Below are positions 44,843 through 58,226 of a DNA stretch of 64,000 nt, piece by piece (within the stretch, counting starts at the first letter, position 1; every line of letters begins with the position of its first letter). The stretch spans positions 9,686 through 73,685 of the forward strand of contig JBMFGX010000014.1 in NCBI GenBank assembly GCA_049977105.1. Reading direction: 5' to 3'. This stretch comes from Acidobacteriaceae bacterium. GTDB lineage: Bacteria > Acidobacteriota > Terriglobia > Terriglobales > Acidobacteriaceae. The notes below the pieces were generated by a model. The model worked only from the letters and a program-made list of their open reading frames with translations. It was not told where the DNA came from and ran no database searches. The translations under genes and the position numbers were made by a program.

Positions 44843-44858
44843 AGTGATGACCGTCACC
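44843..44858. promoter_or_regulatory. CRP-type box AGTGATGACCGTCACC
   Basis: GTGA-N6-TCAC core, 121-136 bp upstream of the fusion-gene start codon at 44722. Confidence 0.4.
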
Positions 44859-45782
44859 CGCATCACGCCGCTGGGCAATATTCAGCCAGAGAAACCCATG
44901 GAGCCTGCAGAAAATAATTATTCGTAAGTTGCGAATTTGTTGAAGTATCGAATCGCATCTGATGCACGCATGGCTGAGTAGCCTTCCATTCAAAATCCTG
45001 CGTAGAAAACGAGTGTCACACAGAAAGAATTCAGGCGTAGCCGTCTAAGTAGGGCCATGTATGCGCTCAAATGTTCCAGTGGATGCGGCAATCCGAAGCA
45101 TTGGGTGACTTCTTTGGTAGAGCTTGTCCTGCGCCACTAACGCCATCGTCAGGCCGAAAATGAATCGCCCTTTGGGTAAGGCACTTTTCAGCGTTCAGGC
45201 TGGAGTTGTTCAGAGCGTTCGAATTATCTCAAAGACGCACGCATTAGTTCTCTCGTCAAATCTCATGCAATCGGGATGACGGACTGCCGGCGTCAGGCGT
45301 CGCGTCGCTGGTTCGTGGTGCGCGTGCGGAATTTGGCTGCAAGCGTCCCTACCAGGACTGGGAAGTGATCACGGGGCAAAGCTCTGCGTCTCCGGCTCGG
45401 ATCACCGATGCAGGTGAGTGTGCTTGCCGCATCCGGTGCCTGCAAGGCTGTCCATTACGCCAACGCTCGTTCCAAATGGATCGCGCAGAAGGAATCTTCG
45501 CAAGGGAAGATGCCGCATGGAGGCCGACTTCTGTGCGTGTGGGAGCATCGCTGCGCGAGCGCAGATGGAGCGGAGCAGGAGACGATCCAGCCGCAAAGCC
45601 AGAGCCGACCGCGGGACCATCCGGAGCGGAAGCGCAAGATCACTGAGCCTGCCAGGCTTTTCGCCGACGCCCAGCCGCACTGCTCTGCCGTGGCGTCAGC
45701 GGCAATCGTCAAGTGCGGTCGCAGCACAACCTGCGGGCCCTCTGCACACAGTCATTGAAGACTTCACTTCTGCATCTGTCTC

Positions 45783-46700
45783 CTAAAACCCAAGGTGATG
45801 CAGGTAGAAGACGACGCATCCAGCCGCAAGACAGTAGATGCCGAACCAGTACCAACGGCCATTCTCCAGCCAGGAACTCAGCCAGCGCAGCGCGGCCAGC
45901 CCTGCCAGAAAGGAGAAGAGCATGCCGAGCAGCGCGGCCATCACGCCGGCGTGCAGGTCAACCTGCGCTGCGCCCACGGGGGCCGCGTGGCTGGCCTTCA
46001 ACAGCCGCAGCACCTCCCGCGCAATCGCCGGTGGGGTGAGGATGACGGCCAGAGCAAAGCTGAATCGCTCGGCGCGCTGCCGGTTGGCCCCGGTCAACAG
46101 GCCGACCGAGATGGTCGCTCCAGAGCGCGAGAAGCCGCGGAAGGGAAGGCATAGCCCCTGAATCGCGCCCATCCATCCCGCCTGAGTGAAGGTTACGTTC
46201 TCTCCGGAGAGCGCAAGGGACCGCTCATAGGCTGGGCGCTCATTCCTGGCGCTGTGGGCCGCAGCGCGCTCCCGCAGGCCAGAGATCAGGATGAGGAGCC
46301 CGGCGGCCAACAGCGCCGGCGCCACCAGATCCAGCCGCGAAAACAGCATCTCAATCTCGCCCTTGGAGTGCCCCTTGAAGGCCGTGTGTTCAATGATCTC
46401 GATGATCGGATACCCTACCACCGCCGTCAGGAAGGTGGCCCAGAACGCTCGCACCACAAAACGCTGCATGGCATGCTTGGTCAAAAAATACGCGTGCTTC
46501 CACTGCGCCCAGAAGTACACGATCACGGAGAACATGGTTCCGGTATGGAGCATCACCAGCACCAGGGTCATCTCCGGCGAGGACGGATTCAGCCCCAGCA
46601 GCTTTTCCGCAACCACGACATGCGCGGAGCTGGAGACCGGAAGAAGCTCGGCAAGGCCCTGAACAACAGCCAGGATCAGTACTTTCAGAAGGGATGGCAT
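45783..46700 (-). CDS. uppP: undecaprenyl-diphosphate phosphatase
   Basis: The N-terminus LILAVVQGLAELLPVSSSAHVVV and the later SRSGATI motif are typical of BacA/UppP. Confidence 0.92.
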   Translation of the reverse strand: MPSLLKVLILAVVQGLAELLPVSSSAHVVVAEKLLGLNPSSPEMTLVLVMLHTGTMFSVIVYFWAQWKHAYFLTKHAMQRFVVRAFWATFLTAVVGYPIIEIIEHTAFKGHSKGEIEMLFSRLDLVAPALLAAGLLILISGLRERAAAHSARNERPAYERSLALSGENVTFTQAGWMGAIQGLCLPFRGFSRSGATISVGLLTGANRQRAERFSFALAVILTPPAIAREVLRLLKASHAAPVGAAQVDLHAGVMAALLGMLFSFLAGLAALRWLSSWLENGRWYWFGIYCLAAGCVVFYLHHLGF

Positions 46701-46835
46701 AGCTCGATTTTACCTTGCGGGATGCGCAGGGCTACGGCCATCCATCGGCGCAGTTCAGACCAGGATTGCATCAATATGGCTTTAAAATCGCCTCGCCGCC
46801 GTTTCCCGCGGAGTCTGCAGAGCATCCTACATGGC

Positions 46836-47813
46836 ATGAAGACCATCACTCTGGAAGAACATTTTGTAACAGAGAGTTTTCTGCGGGCCACAGGAGCGTA
46901 CCAGCGCGATCTGCCGCAGCGGATGCTGGCTCTCCGCAGCAAGCTGCTTGATCTTGGCGCGGGCCGCATCCAGGCGATGGATGATGCCGACATTACCCTC
47001 CAGGTGCTCTCCTTGGCCGGCATGGGCGTGGACGGGCTGGCCGCTGCGGAGCAGAGCGCGGTGCTGCACGATGTGCACGACGAACTCTACGCTGCCGTCC
47101 AGGCGCATCCGGATCGCCTGGCAGCCTTTGCCACGCCGGGCCTCAAAGATCCCGCCCGCGCCGTCCAGGAACTGGAGCGCTGCGTGAACCAACTCGGCTT
47201 CAAAGGATTGTTCGTCGATGGCACAACGGACGGTAGGTTTCTGGATGCTCCGGAGTTCTTCCCGGTGCTGGAAGCGGCCGCCTCCCTTGGCGTGCCGCTT
47301 TACATTCATCCTGCTCCGCCGCCCGCCGCGGTTCAAGCGGCGTACTACTCCGGCTTGCCCGGCGAGGCGGGTATGCTGCTCTCCATTGCCGGCTGGGGGT
47401 GGCATGCGGAAGTGGGCCTGCATCTTCTGCGTCTCATCGTGTCGGGAGTTCTGGACCGCCTGCCGAGTCTCCACGTCATCGTGGGCCACATGGGTGAGGG
47501 TGTTCCGTACGCCCTGGCACGCAGCAACAACGTGCTCTCGCCGGCCTGCAAGCATCTGCAGCGCAGCGTGACGGAGACGATGCTGGCGCAGGTGTCTATA
47601 ACCACCAGTGGCTACTTCTCCCGGCCGCCCTTCGACTGTGCTCGCCAGGTGCTGGGGCTCAGCCGCATCCTGTTCTCCGTGGATTATCCGTTCAGTCCTG
47701 CAACCGATGGGCGCAGGTTTCTTGCAGATCTGGAGTCCACCGAGCCGGCGCTCACTGCGGCAGAGATGGCAGCGCTGAGCTATCGGAACGCAGAGCGCAT
47801 TCTGCCCCTGTAA
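46836..47813 (+). CDS. amidohydrolase-2 family protein (ACMSD/LigW-like metal-dependent hydrolase or decarboxylase)
   Basis: MKTITLEEHF start is typical of the family, with later HPAPP and VGHMGE motifs. The 5-prime 194 codons of the ORF-track entry (from 46254) run antisense through uppP and were trimmed. Confidence 0.75.
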   Translation: MKTITLEEHFVTESFLRATGAYQRDLPQRMLALRSKLLDLGAGRIQAMDDADITLQVLSLAGMGVDGLAAAEQSAVLHDVHDELYAAVQAHPDRLAAFATPGLKDPARAVQELERCVNQLGFKGLFVDGTTDGRFLDAPEFFPVLEAAASLGVPLYIHPAPPPAAVQAAYYSGLPGEAGMLLSIAGWGWHAEVGLHLLRLIVSGVLDRLPSLHVIVGHMGEGVPYALARSNNVLSPACKHLQRSVTETMLAQVSITTSGYFSRPPFDCARQVLGLSRILFSVDYPFSPATDGRRFLADLESTEPALTAAEMAALSYRNAERILPL

Positions 47814-47908
47814 GGTTTCGCCGCTGCGGAACCTCGGCTGCCGCGGAAGCTGCAGCGGCGCAGATTCCGCGGTCGTGCGTAGCCGGACCCGGCCTGGCGC
47901 ACCGCGGC

Positions 47909-48931
47909 TCAGGCTTGATCCCTCTGCAGTGGCTCCGCGGCCGGATCCACGTTTCCTCCGGAGAGAATCGCAACAATCTTTCTGGCGGAGGGCAGCTCCT
48001 GGGCTCGAAAGAGTGCTGCGGCGAGCGTGATGGCGCCGGAGGGCTCGGCCACCCGTTGCGTCGTCTCAAGGATGATGCGCATGGCGTCTCGAACCTCCTC
48101 CTCGCGTAGCGTAAGGACGCCATCGACAAAGCGCAGGATCAGCTCAAAGTTCAACCTGCCCAGCGATTGAGTGCGCAGCCCGTCGCAGATGGTCTGCGCT
48201 GTCTTCTCCGCCGGCCACTCCACCAGCGAGCGGGTACGGAAAGATTCGGCGGCGTCGGCGGCCAACGCCGGCTCGCAGCCCCATACCTGCGGAGCCGCAA
48301 CGCCGTTGGCCTGCGCACGCAGCTTGATTCCCGTGGCCACACCAGAGAGCAGGCCGCCACCGGAGACGGGCGAAAGCACCAGATCAACCTCCGGCAACTG
48401 CTCCAGAATCTCTACGCCGCAGGTCGCCTGGCCGGCGACGATCGCCGGATCATCATACGGTGGGACCATCGTGTAGCCATGCTCTGCGGAGAGCTCTTCG
48501 GCACGCTGCCGCCGCTGGCTGCTGGCCGGGCCGACCATCACCACCTCAGCGCCCAGCGCCTGCGTGGCTTCGCGCTTCACCCGCGGCGCGTTGCTGGGCA
48601 TCACCACAACGGCTTTGGCGCCCAGCGCGCGGGCTGCATAGGCTACCCCCTGGGCGTGGTTGCCAGAGGAGTAGGTGATCACGCCGCGCCGCAACTCCTC
48701 CGCCGAGAGCTGCGCAATCTTGTTGTAGGCTCCGCGCAGCTTGAAGCTGCCCACCGGCTGTGCTGACTCGTCTTTCAGATAGATCTCAGCAGAGCGCTCA
48801 GCCGGCAGCGCCAAGCCCGCCGCGCGCAGCCGCTCCGGGTCTACGCGCACCAGCGGCGTGCGCACGGCGACACCGGCGATTCGTCTCCGTGCCGCGTCAA
48901 TCTCATTCCAGGTGATCAAGGCAGCGCCCAT
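47909..48931 (-). CDS. PLP-dependent threonine/serine dehydratase (short form, no regulatory domain)
   Basis: PLP-lysine motif SFKLRGAYNK, SSGNHAQG and a GGGLLSG glycine loop. 340 aa. Confidence 0.85.
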   Translation of the reverse strand: MGAALITWNEIDAARRRIAGVAVRTPLVRVDPERLRAAGLALPAERSAEIYLKDESAQPVGSFKLRGAYNKIAQLSAEELRRGVITYSSGNHAQGVAYAARALGAKAVVVMPSNAPRVKREATQALGAEVVMVGPASSQRRQRAEELSAEHGYTMVPPYDDPAIVAGQATCGVEILEQLPEVDLVLSPVSGGGLLSGVATGIKLRAQANGVAAPQVWGCEPALAADAAESFRTRSLVEWPAEKTAQTICDGLRTQSLGRLNFELILRFVDGVLTLREEEVRDAMRIILETTQRVAEPSGAITLAAALFRAQELPSARKIVAILSGGNVDPAAEPLQRDQA

Positions 48932-49084
48932 GGACTCTCATTCTAGTTTGCTTGCCGTGTGGATGGTTGTTGGAGCCGCTCCCGCACGCCAGGATCGCCG
49001 CAGTCCCTGCACAGCGTTCAGCACGGCGGCGCTGCAGCCAGGATCAGCTCGGCAAGCCTCCGGCCGTGGCTGTCTCCGCCGGGT

Positions 49085-50365
49085 TCAGTCTTCTGCTGCA
49101 TGCATGATCAGAGCGAAGAAGCGCACCAGCCGCCATTTGTCTCCAAACGTGGGCCTTTGGCTGCTGACGTCAATGTGGGAGATCACCGGAGAAATCAGCG
49201 CCATCTTGATCTCCTGGCGCGGAATCTGACGTTCCAGCCACTGCGTCTCCGCGGACGGAATGATGTTGTCCGCCCTGCCGCTGAGCAGATAGACAGGGGT
49301 TGCGAGCTTCGCCAGGTGTCCTTCAGGGCTTACGGCGGCCATCTCCGCCTGGTGCAGCGCGTTGCTGGCGGCGATCATGCGCCGCGTCACCGGAGAGGCG
49401 GTATCCATCAACTGCCGTACCTCGGCGAGCTGCCTTGGGCTGAGCTTCTGCATGGCCGCACGCTCCGCCGGCCGATCCTCATAGAGGTGCTCGCGCAGCG
49501 CCAGCCGAACCGCAGCCAGATCCGCAGCAGGAACAAAGTCCTGCAGGTTCTCATACTCCAGCACCAGGGAGCCGTACTCATGCGGCGGCAGCATCTCCAC
49601 AGAGCCGTCTGGCCGTGGCTCTCTGCCCGTCAGGTAGTAGTTGGCCACACGCGCCATCTCGTCCTCCGAGCCCACCGCGGCCACAAATCGGATGGCCGGC
49701 CGGAACTGCGGCTCCGTTGCGGCCAGCAGGGAGAGGCTTCCCGAGAAGCTGATGCCCATTACGCCCACCGGCCGGTTACCGGTTGCGTGGTCCAGCCAGA
49801 TGGCTGATTCTCCAATGTCGGCAATGGAGTTCGCGCCCACGCGGTAGTCCTTGATGCCCGGCAACTCTGGGGTGAGCACCTGCACACCGCAGGAGGCCAT
49901 CGCGGCGGCGAATTCGATGATGCGGGGCTCATCGATTCCCAGGTAGTGGACGCCATGCACCACCACCACCCCGGGAGCGTGGGGATGGTCTGCCGGCGTA
50001 TACAGCCGGGCGCGGAGGGTTCCGCTGGGCAGGGCAAGAAGCAGGTCGGTCCGGCGTACCGGTTCGGAGACCACCCATGCCAGGCTGCGGGGAACCGGAT
50101 CGCCGGCCACGCGGTCCAGAACGGCAACCGCCTGAAGCCGCGCCCGGGCATACGGCCATAGCAACGCGGCGTCAACAGCTACCAGCACCGTCAGGCACAG
50201 CAGCAGAGCCGCCATGTAACGGCGCGGATGGTTTGCGATCGCCTCGCGCCGCAGGCGCAGAACGTGGGCCAGAGACGGGGGCGCGGAACGGTGTAGTGGC
50301 TTGGCCATACGGGTTGCGCTGAGTCTGCGAGGCGCTTCTGGGTGGTGACCGCCGCGGCGTGCCAA
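49085..50365 (-). CDS. membrane-anchored alpha/beta hydrolase-like protein
   Basis: N-terminal TM, HG motif (VVVVHGVH) and a nucleophile-elbow-like GISFSGS. The start is uncertain. Confidence 0.55.
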   Translation of the reverse strand: MARRGGHHPEAPRRLSATRMAKPLHRSAPPSLAHVLRLRREAIANHPRRYMAALLLCLTVLVAVDAALLWPYARARLQAVAVLDRVAGDPVPRSLAWVVSEPVRRTDLLLALPSGTLRARLYTPADHPHAPGVVVVHGVHYLGIDEPRIIEFAAAMASCGVQVLTPELPGIKDYRVGANSIADIGESAIWLDHATGNRPVGVMGISFSGSLSLLAATEPQFRPAIRFVAAVGSEDEMARVANYYLTGREPRPDGSVEMLPPHEYGSLVLEYENLQDFVPAADLAAVRLALREHLYEDRPAERAAMQKLSPRQLAEVRQLMDTASPVTRRMIAASNALHQAEMAAVSPEGHLAKLATPVYLLSGRADNIIPSAETQWLERQIPRQEIKMALISPVISHIDVSSQRPTFGDKWRLVRFFALIMHAAED

Positions 50366-50383
50366 GCACTCCGCAGCGGGGGT

Positions 50384-50866
50384 TCACTTGCCGTGCGAAA
50401 GGCTCCCTGCCCTGGCTCCGTCTTGTCGGCGGCGCAGGGCATCCGTGCCCACCTTCAGGATGCTCAACAGCAGAATGAGCGTGATGATGCCCATGGAGAC
50501 CAGACAGTAGATACACCACTTCTCGATGATGTAGGCCTCCAGATAGGAGAGAAACGCCGCAAAGAAGAATCCGATCTCCGCAGCCTGCAGGGTGAGCCAG
50601 TACTGTTTACTGAGCACCAGCGCTGCAATCAGCAGATAGCCCGCAATTCCAATCACCGCCACAGGGATGTGGATCTTTGCGTTAGCCGCTGGATCAAAGC
50701 TGAGGGGAGGGAACACCGCAAAGCGTCCGTGGTTCACCTCGCCGCAATCGAACTTCGCTGATACCGAACAGGGCGGAGCTTGCGACGGATCTTGAAGGTG
50801 AATTCGGAGGGCTAAGCAGGAATCGAAGATGCCGGCGAGTGCAAGCAATGCAATCAGGTAGCGCAT
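50384..50866 (-). CDS. vitamin K epoxide reductase (VKOR) family protein
   Basis: Four TM helices, a loop Cys pair (PPCSVSAKFDCGEV) and a CxxC in the last helix (WCIYCL). Start placed at MRYLIALL. Confidence 0.75.
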   Translation of the reverse strand: MRYLIALLALAGIFDSCLALRIHLQDPSQAPPCSVSAKFDCGEVNHGRFAVFPPLSFDPAANAKIHIPVAVIGIAGYLLIAALVLSKQYWLTLQAAEIGFFFAAFLSYLEAYIIEKWCIYCLVSMGIITLILLLSILKVGTDALRRRQDGARAGSLSHGK

Positions 50867-51280
50867 GGTGACCTCATTGTATGAGATCGCAGGCAAGCGG
50901 CGCCAAACAGGGGCGCGGCCGAGTCACGCCAACTTCGCCTTCAAGCAGCCGCAAACCTCGGTAAGCGTCTGCGGCGGGCGTCCAGTGTTTTCAGAGCAAT
51001 CGCTCCGCGTGGCGCCATCTGCGCCACGCAGCGGCGACGGCTGAGATGGGCTTTGGCCCGTGCAGGCCCAGCCGAAAATCGTCCAGTGAGCAGACGCGCC
51101 CAGATCAGAACAGGAACTCGCCAGGCTCCATCAGCCATTCACAGCATTGGCCAAAGCCCTCTTTCAGCACCATCACGGGTAGCAAGAGCTCTTTCGGAAC
51201 GCCCTCCGGGATCCAGGCGACCCAGCCGATTCTCCTCGCTGCCGGCAGCGGGAAAACGTCCCTCACGCCGCGCCCTGGGA

Positions 51281-52213
51281 CTAAGTATGCAGAACAAGCG
51301 TGCGTTCCAAGCGGAAGTTGAGGACGCTCTCCGCAGGCACCTTGATGGTCTTGCCATGGGTGAAGATCTGCGTGCCCAGACCACCGACACCTCCGGCCAC
51401 CGCACCGATCGCTGCGCCGGTACCGCCGCCAAATGCCGCACCCAGCAGCGAGCCCAGAGCCAACCCGCCGCCGCCAAACAGCGCCGTACGCTTGTTCAGA
51501 CCCACGCCCTCCTGCCCACCAACGGAACTGGAGTCGACCATGTAGACCTGGCCATGCACTCGGATCGCATACAGGTCAAGCGCGTAGGCTTGGCCATGCA
51601 TGCCACCCTGGGAAACATCTACCACCTGCAGTTCGGCAGCGGTCCCGGCGGGGATGGCGATCGCCCCTTGGCTGTCTCTAACGTCGTTCTGGATCGTGGC
51701 TGGATACCGCCTGCCCGCCGTGTCCTTGCTGGTGTCGATGCGAACATTGGTCTGGACGTCAATCTCTGTTCCTGAGGGAATGACGATAGAACTGCGTGCA
51801 GCCCTGGGAGGACTTCCAGCCGTCCCATAACCCATGCTTGCCGTGGTCATCGGCGCCGAAGGAGACGCCTGCTCAGAGAAGATGAGGGTCGTAACGTCAG
51901 TCAGCGGAAAGACGTAGGAGATGCCGTTTTCGCCGTTCATACTCAGCGTTGTCAGGCCCACAAGCTGCCCTTTGTACGCATGGCCGCTCCGCAGCGTGAT
52001 GTGATCCGCCACGTTGGAAAAGACAATGGATTGCACCTGAGCGATGGGGAACGTGTACTGGATGCCCTGCATGTCTTTGAACACCAGCGTTCCGCTGGGC
52101 GCGCCGGTGAAGACGCCAGAGTAGCTGCGCCCATCATGCAGAACCACAATATCCGCCAGGGCAGCGCTGCTGCAGGTGAAGAAAAGTGCAAGAAGAAGGA
52201 CGAGCTTTTTCAT
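51281..52213 (-). CDS. secreted protein with C-terminal glycine-zipper segment
   Basis: Signal peptide MKKLVLLLALFFTCSSAALA and repeated beta-rich modules. Glycine zipper FGGGGLALGSLLGAAFGGGTGAAIGAVAGGVGGLG near the C-terminus. Start placed at 52213. Confidence 0.6.
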   Translation of the reverse strand: MKKLVLLLALFFTCSSAALADIVVLHDGRSYSGVFTGAPSGTLVFKDMQGIQYTFPIAQVQSIVFSNVADHITLRSGHAYKGQLVGLTTLSMNGENGISYVFPLTDVTTLIFSEQASPSAPMTTASMGYGTAGSPPRAARSSIVIPSGTEIDVQTNVRIDTSKDTAGRRYPATIQNDVRDSQGAIAIPAGTAAELQVVDVSQGGMHGQAYALDLYAIRVHGQVYMVDSSSVGGQEGVGLNKRTALFGGGGLALGSLLGAAFGGGTGAAIGAVAGGVGGLGTQIFTHGKTIKVPAESVLNFRLERTLVLHT

Positions 52214-52542
52214 GGTTTCAATGGACTCCTGCTTCAGGGACGCAATCCATCTGCATAGACCGGATCCATCCCTCAGATAGGAAGGCGGCCCCAAAAGTTC
52301 AACGATTCGGGCAGTCTTTGTAACTTGCCGCCCTCAAGTATACCGGATCACGCTTCCATCTTTCGGGCTGGAGCGTGGCTGCTGAAAGCTATCCAACTCC
52401 AGGGAACCGGCGATGGAGATCCCGGCGTCCGGAACTGCGGACTCGGCGTGCAGCGCATCTCTTCGCACCATGCGCCGCAGCCAAAAAAAGAAGGTGGCTC
52501 CAAGCTTCCGCAGCCACCTATCGAGCCGGCTTTTCAGAACCC

Positions 52543-53555
52543 TCAGAACGCAGCCTTGGTTTGCCGAAGGCTATACGAACTGAGCGTCTTGATGTAATTG
52601 CCGCGGTCATAGGGCGAGGTGTCCGGCACGGACCGGCGGCTCAGGCAGCCGCGCGTCTCCGCCAGCGTGGCGTACTCGCGCTCTTCCAGCCAGTCCCGCA
52701 GATCCGCCAGCACCCGACCAATGTGCTGGATGCCGTAAAGATGCAGCGCTGAGGTCATCTCCGCCACGCTCCCGCCGGCCATCACAGACTTCAGCACATC
52801 CTCCGCGGTATGAACGCCACCGGTGATAGCGATGTCGCCCTCCAGATGACCGAAGAGGATGGCCGCCCAGTGCAGCCGTGGCAACAGCTCAGCCGGCGTG
52901 GAAAAGTGCAGCGTCGGCCGCACCTCCAGCGTCTCTATGTCAAAATCCGGCTGATAGAAGCGGTTGAACAGCACCACCGCCCGCGCGCCCACTTCTTCCA
53001 GACGCCCGCACACATGGGGCAGGCTGGTGTAAGACTGCGAGAGCTTCACGGCGACGGGGATCGTCACCTCCTTCACCACGCTGCCCACCAGCTCCACCAA
53101 CTGATCCTCAACCTGGGTTGAGCTCTGCCTGCCATCGGTCACCAGGGCAAAGGTGTTGAGTTCAATGGCGTGCGCTCCGGCCGCCTCCATCTCCCGGGCA
53201 AAGCGCACCCAGCCGCCGGGCGTGGCGCCGTTCAGGCTGGCGATAATGGGAATCCTCACCGCCTCCCGCGCCCGTCGTAGATGGTCCAGGTAATCTTCGT
53301 GCGTCATGCGGTAGTCGCGCATCTCCGGCAGGTACCCGAGCGACTCGGCATAGGACTCCGTGCCGCGCGATAGATCCTCATCCAGCTCGTGCGACTCCAG
53401 CGTCAACTGCTCCTCAAACAGTGACGTGAGCACAACAGCCGCCGCGCCCGCGTCTTCCATTCGACGAATGTTGTCAATCGACTCAGAGAGCGGCGTGGAC
53501 GACACCACCACCGGACTGCTCAGCTTCATGCCCAGATACTGCATGGAAATCTCTG

Positions 53556-53559
<4 letters not shown>
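52543..53559 (-). CDS. dihydroorotate dehydrogenase-like TIM-barrel flavoprotein (probably not a true DHOD)
   Basis: Class-1 PyrD-like N-terminus (LGMKLSSPVVVSSTPLS) and GGV..AED near the C-terminus. The catalytic loop reads AIELNTFALVTDG where I recall class-1 enzymes having IELNLSCPN. Its start overlaps the nifJ stop (ATGA). Confidence 0.7.
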
Positions 53560-57209
<3,650 letters not shown>

Positions 57210-58226
57210 TCCACGGCGCGGCTTGTGGAAGGTTCGGCCGCTAGCCTAAGTCTCCAGACTCCGACGCCAAAACGCAGTGACGCAAGGCACAGAAGGAGCG
57301 CTATAGAACCTGCCACAAACCCACATCCCCCTCCCGCATGCAGATCCGCCTCCTCTGCACAAAGAGCCCACTGACCCGTCACCACGCAGATCCTCTCCCA
57401 GAGCTCCGCACAGCGGATTCCCGCCAACTCCTGCCGGCCGGAGTGACTGCGGAGAACCCCAAAACTCCATACGCCACGCTCACCCAGCATCCACCCGGCA
57501 GATTTCACGCCAACCTCGCTCTCTTCTGTCCGGAACCAGCCAGGGACGATCGCCCATTTGCCCGGCCGTGCAGGTTCACCCCAATTCCAGACCATCCGCC
57601 AGACGGCGCGGTAACCGAACGCTGCACCCGTTGGCCTTGGTATGGTTTCAAGGGGCTGGAGCAAGGCTTAGGAAGACTACAACCGCACCCGCAGCCCAAT
57701 GGCGGAGTCCACAAGCGTGATGCGCTTCCTAGACATCCAGTACCTTGTCCTCTAACATCAAGAAGGCAAGGTTCTGCGCCCTTCTGCTTGCGTTTGCGTC
57801 AGGCGAAGAGACAGCGTCCGGCCAGTACCTCCACCGTGTGATGTCATAACAGAGTCAGAAGGCGAACTTGCGACGGCAATTCAGTTCGTCATCCTTCTCT
57901 GCTCGGGAGCGATGTGTGCCTCAATCGGCCTATCACCAGAACCGCTATACACCGCACGCCCCTACGGAGTTTGGCAGGCCCATGCAGCTCGAAATCTCCT
58001 CGGAGCCAGGCAAACACAGCACACTGCCTCCTCCATCTCTCGACAAAGATTCCTTCGCACCCGGTCGTTCCTGGCCGGAGTCAGGCTTCCTTCCCGCTGC
58101 ATTTCATCCGTCAGGCACAAAACCCTTTACCGCCGGGCAGTTCATCCTGCCCAGAATGGACCAGTGCTCATGCAAAGTAGCCTTGTGACACGCACGACAG
58201 TAGGTAACGGAACAGCCGGAGAATCC

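Noticed and set aside
44874-44888. Sigma-54-like promoter upstream of the fusion gene (minus strand TGGCTGAATATTGC)
   Set aside because: The GG-to-GC spacing is one nucleotide short of the invariant -24/-12 spacing.
45365-45372. GTGATCAC zero-spacer palindrome
   Set aside because: It shares the half-sites but lacks the spacer. An 8-bp palindrome is expected by chance.
46254-46835. 5-prime extension of the amidohydrolase ORF (519 aa in the ORF track)
   Set aside because: The extension is antisense to uppP and motif-less. The family-typical MKTITLEEHF start is at 46836.
57276-57291. CRP-like site AGTGACGCAAGGCACA upstream of nifJ
   Set aside because: It matches only 8/10 and the second half-site is GCAC rather than TCAC. 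It is mentioned as context but not counted among the motif instances.
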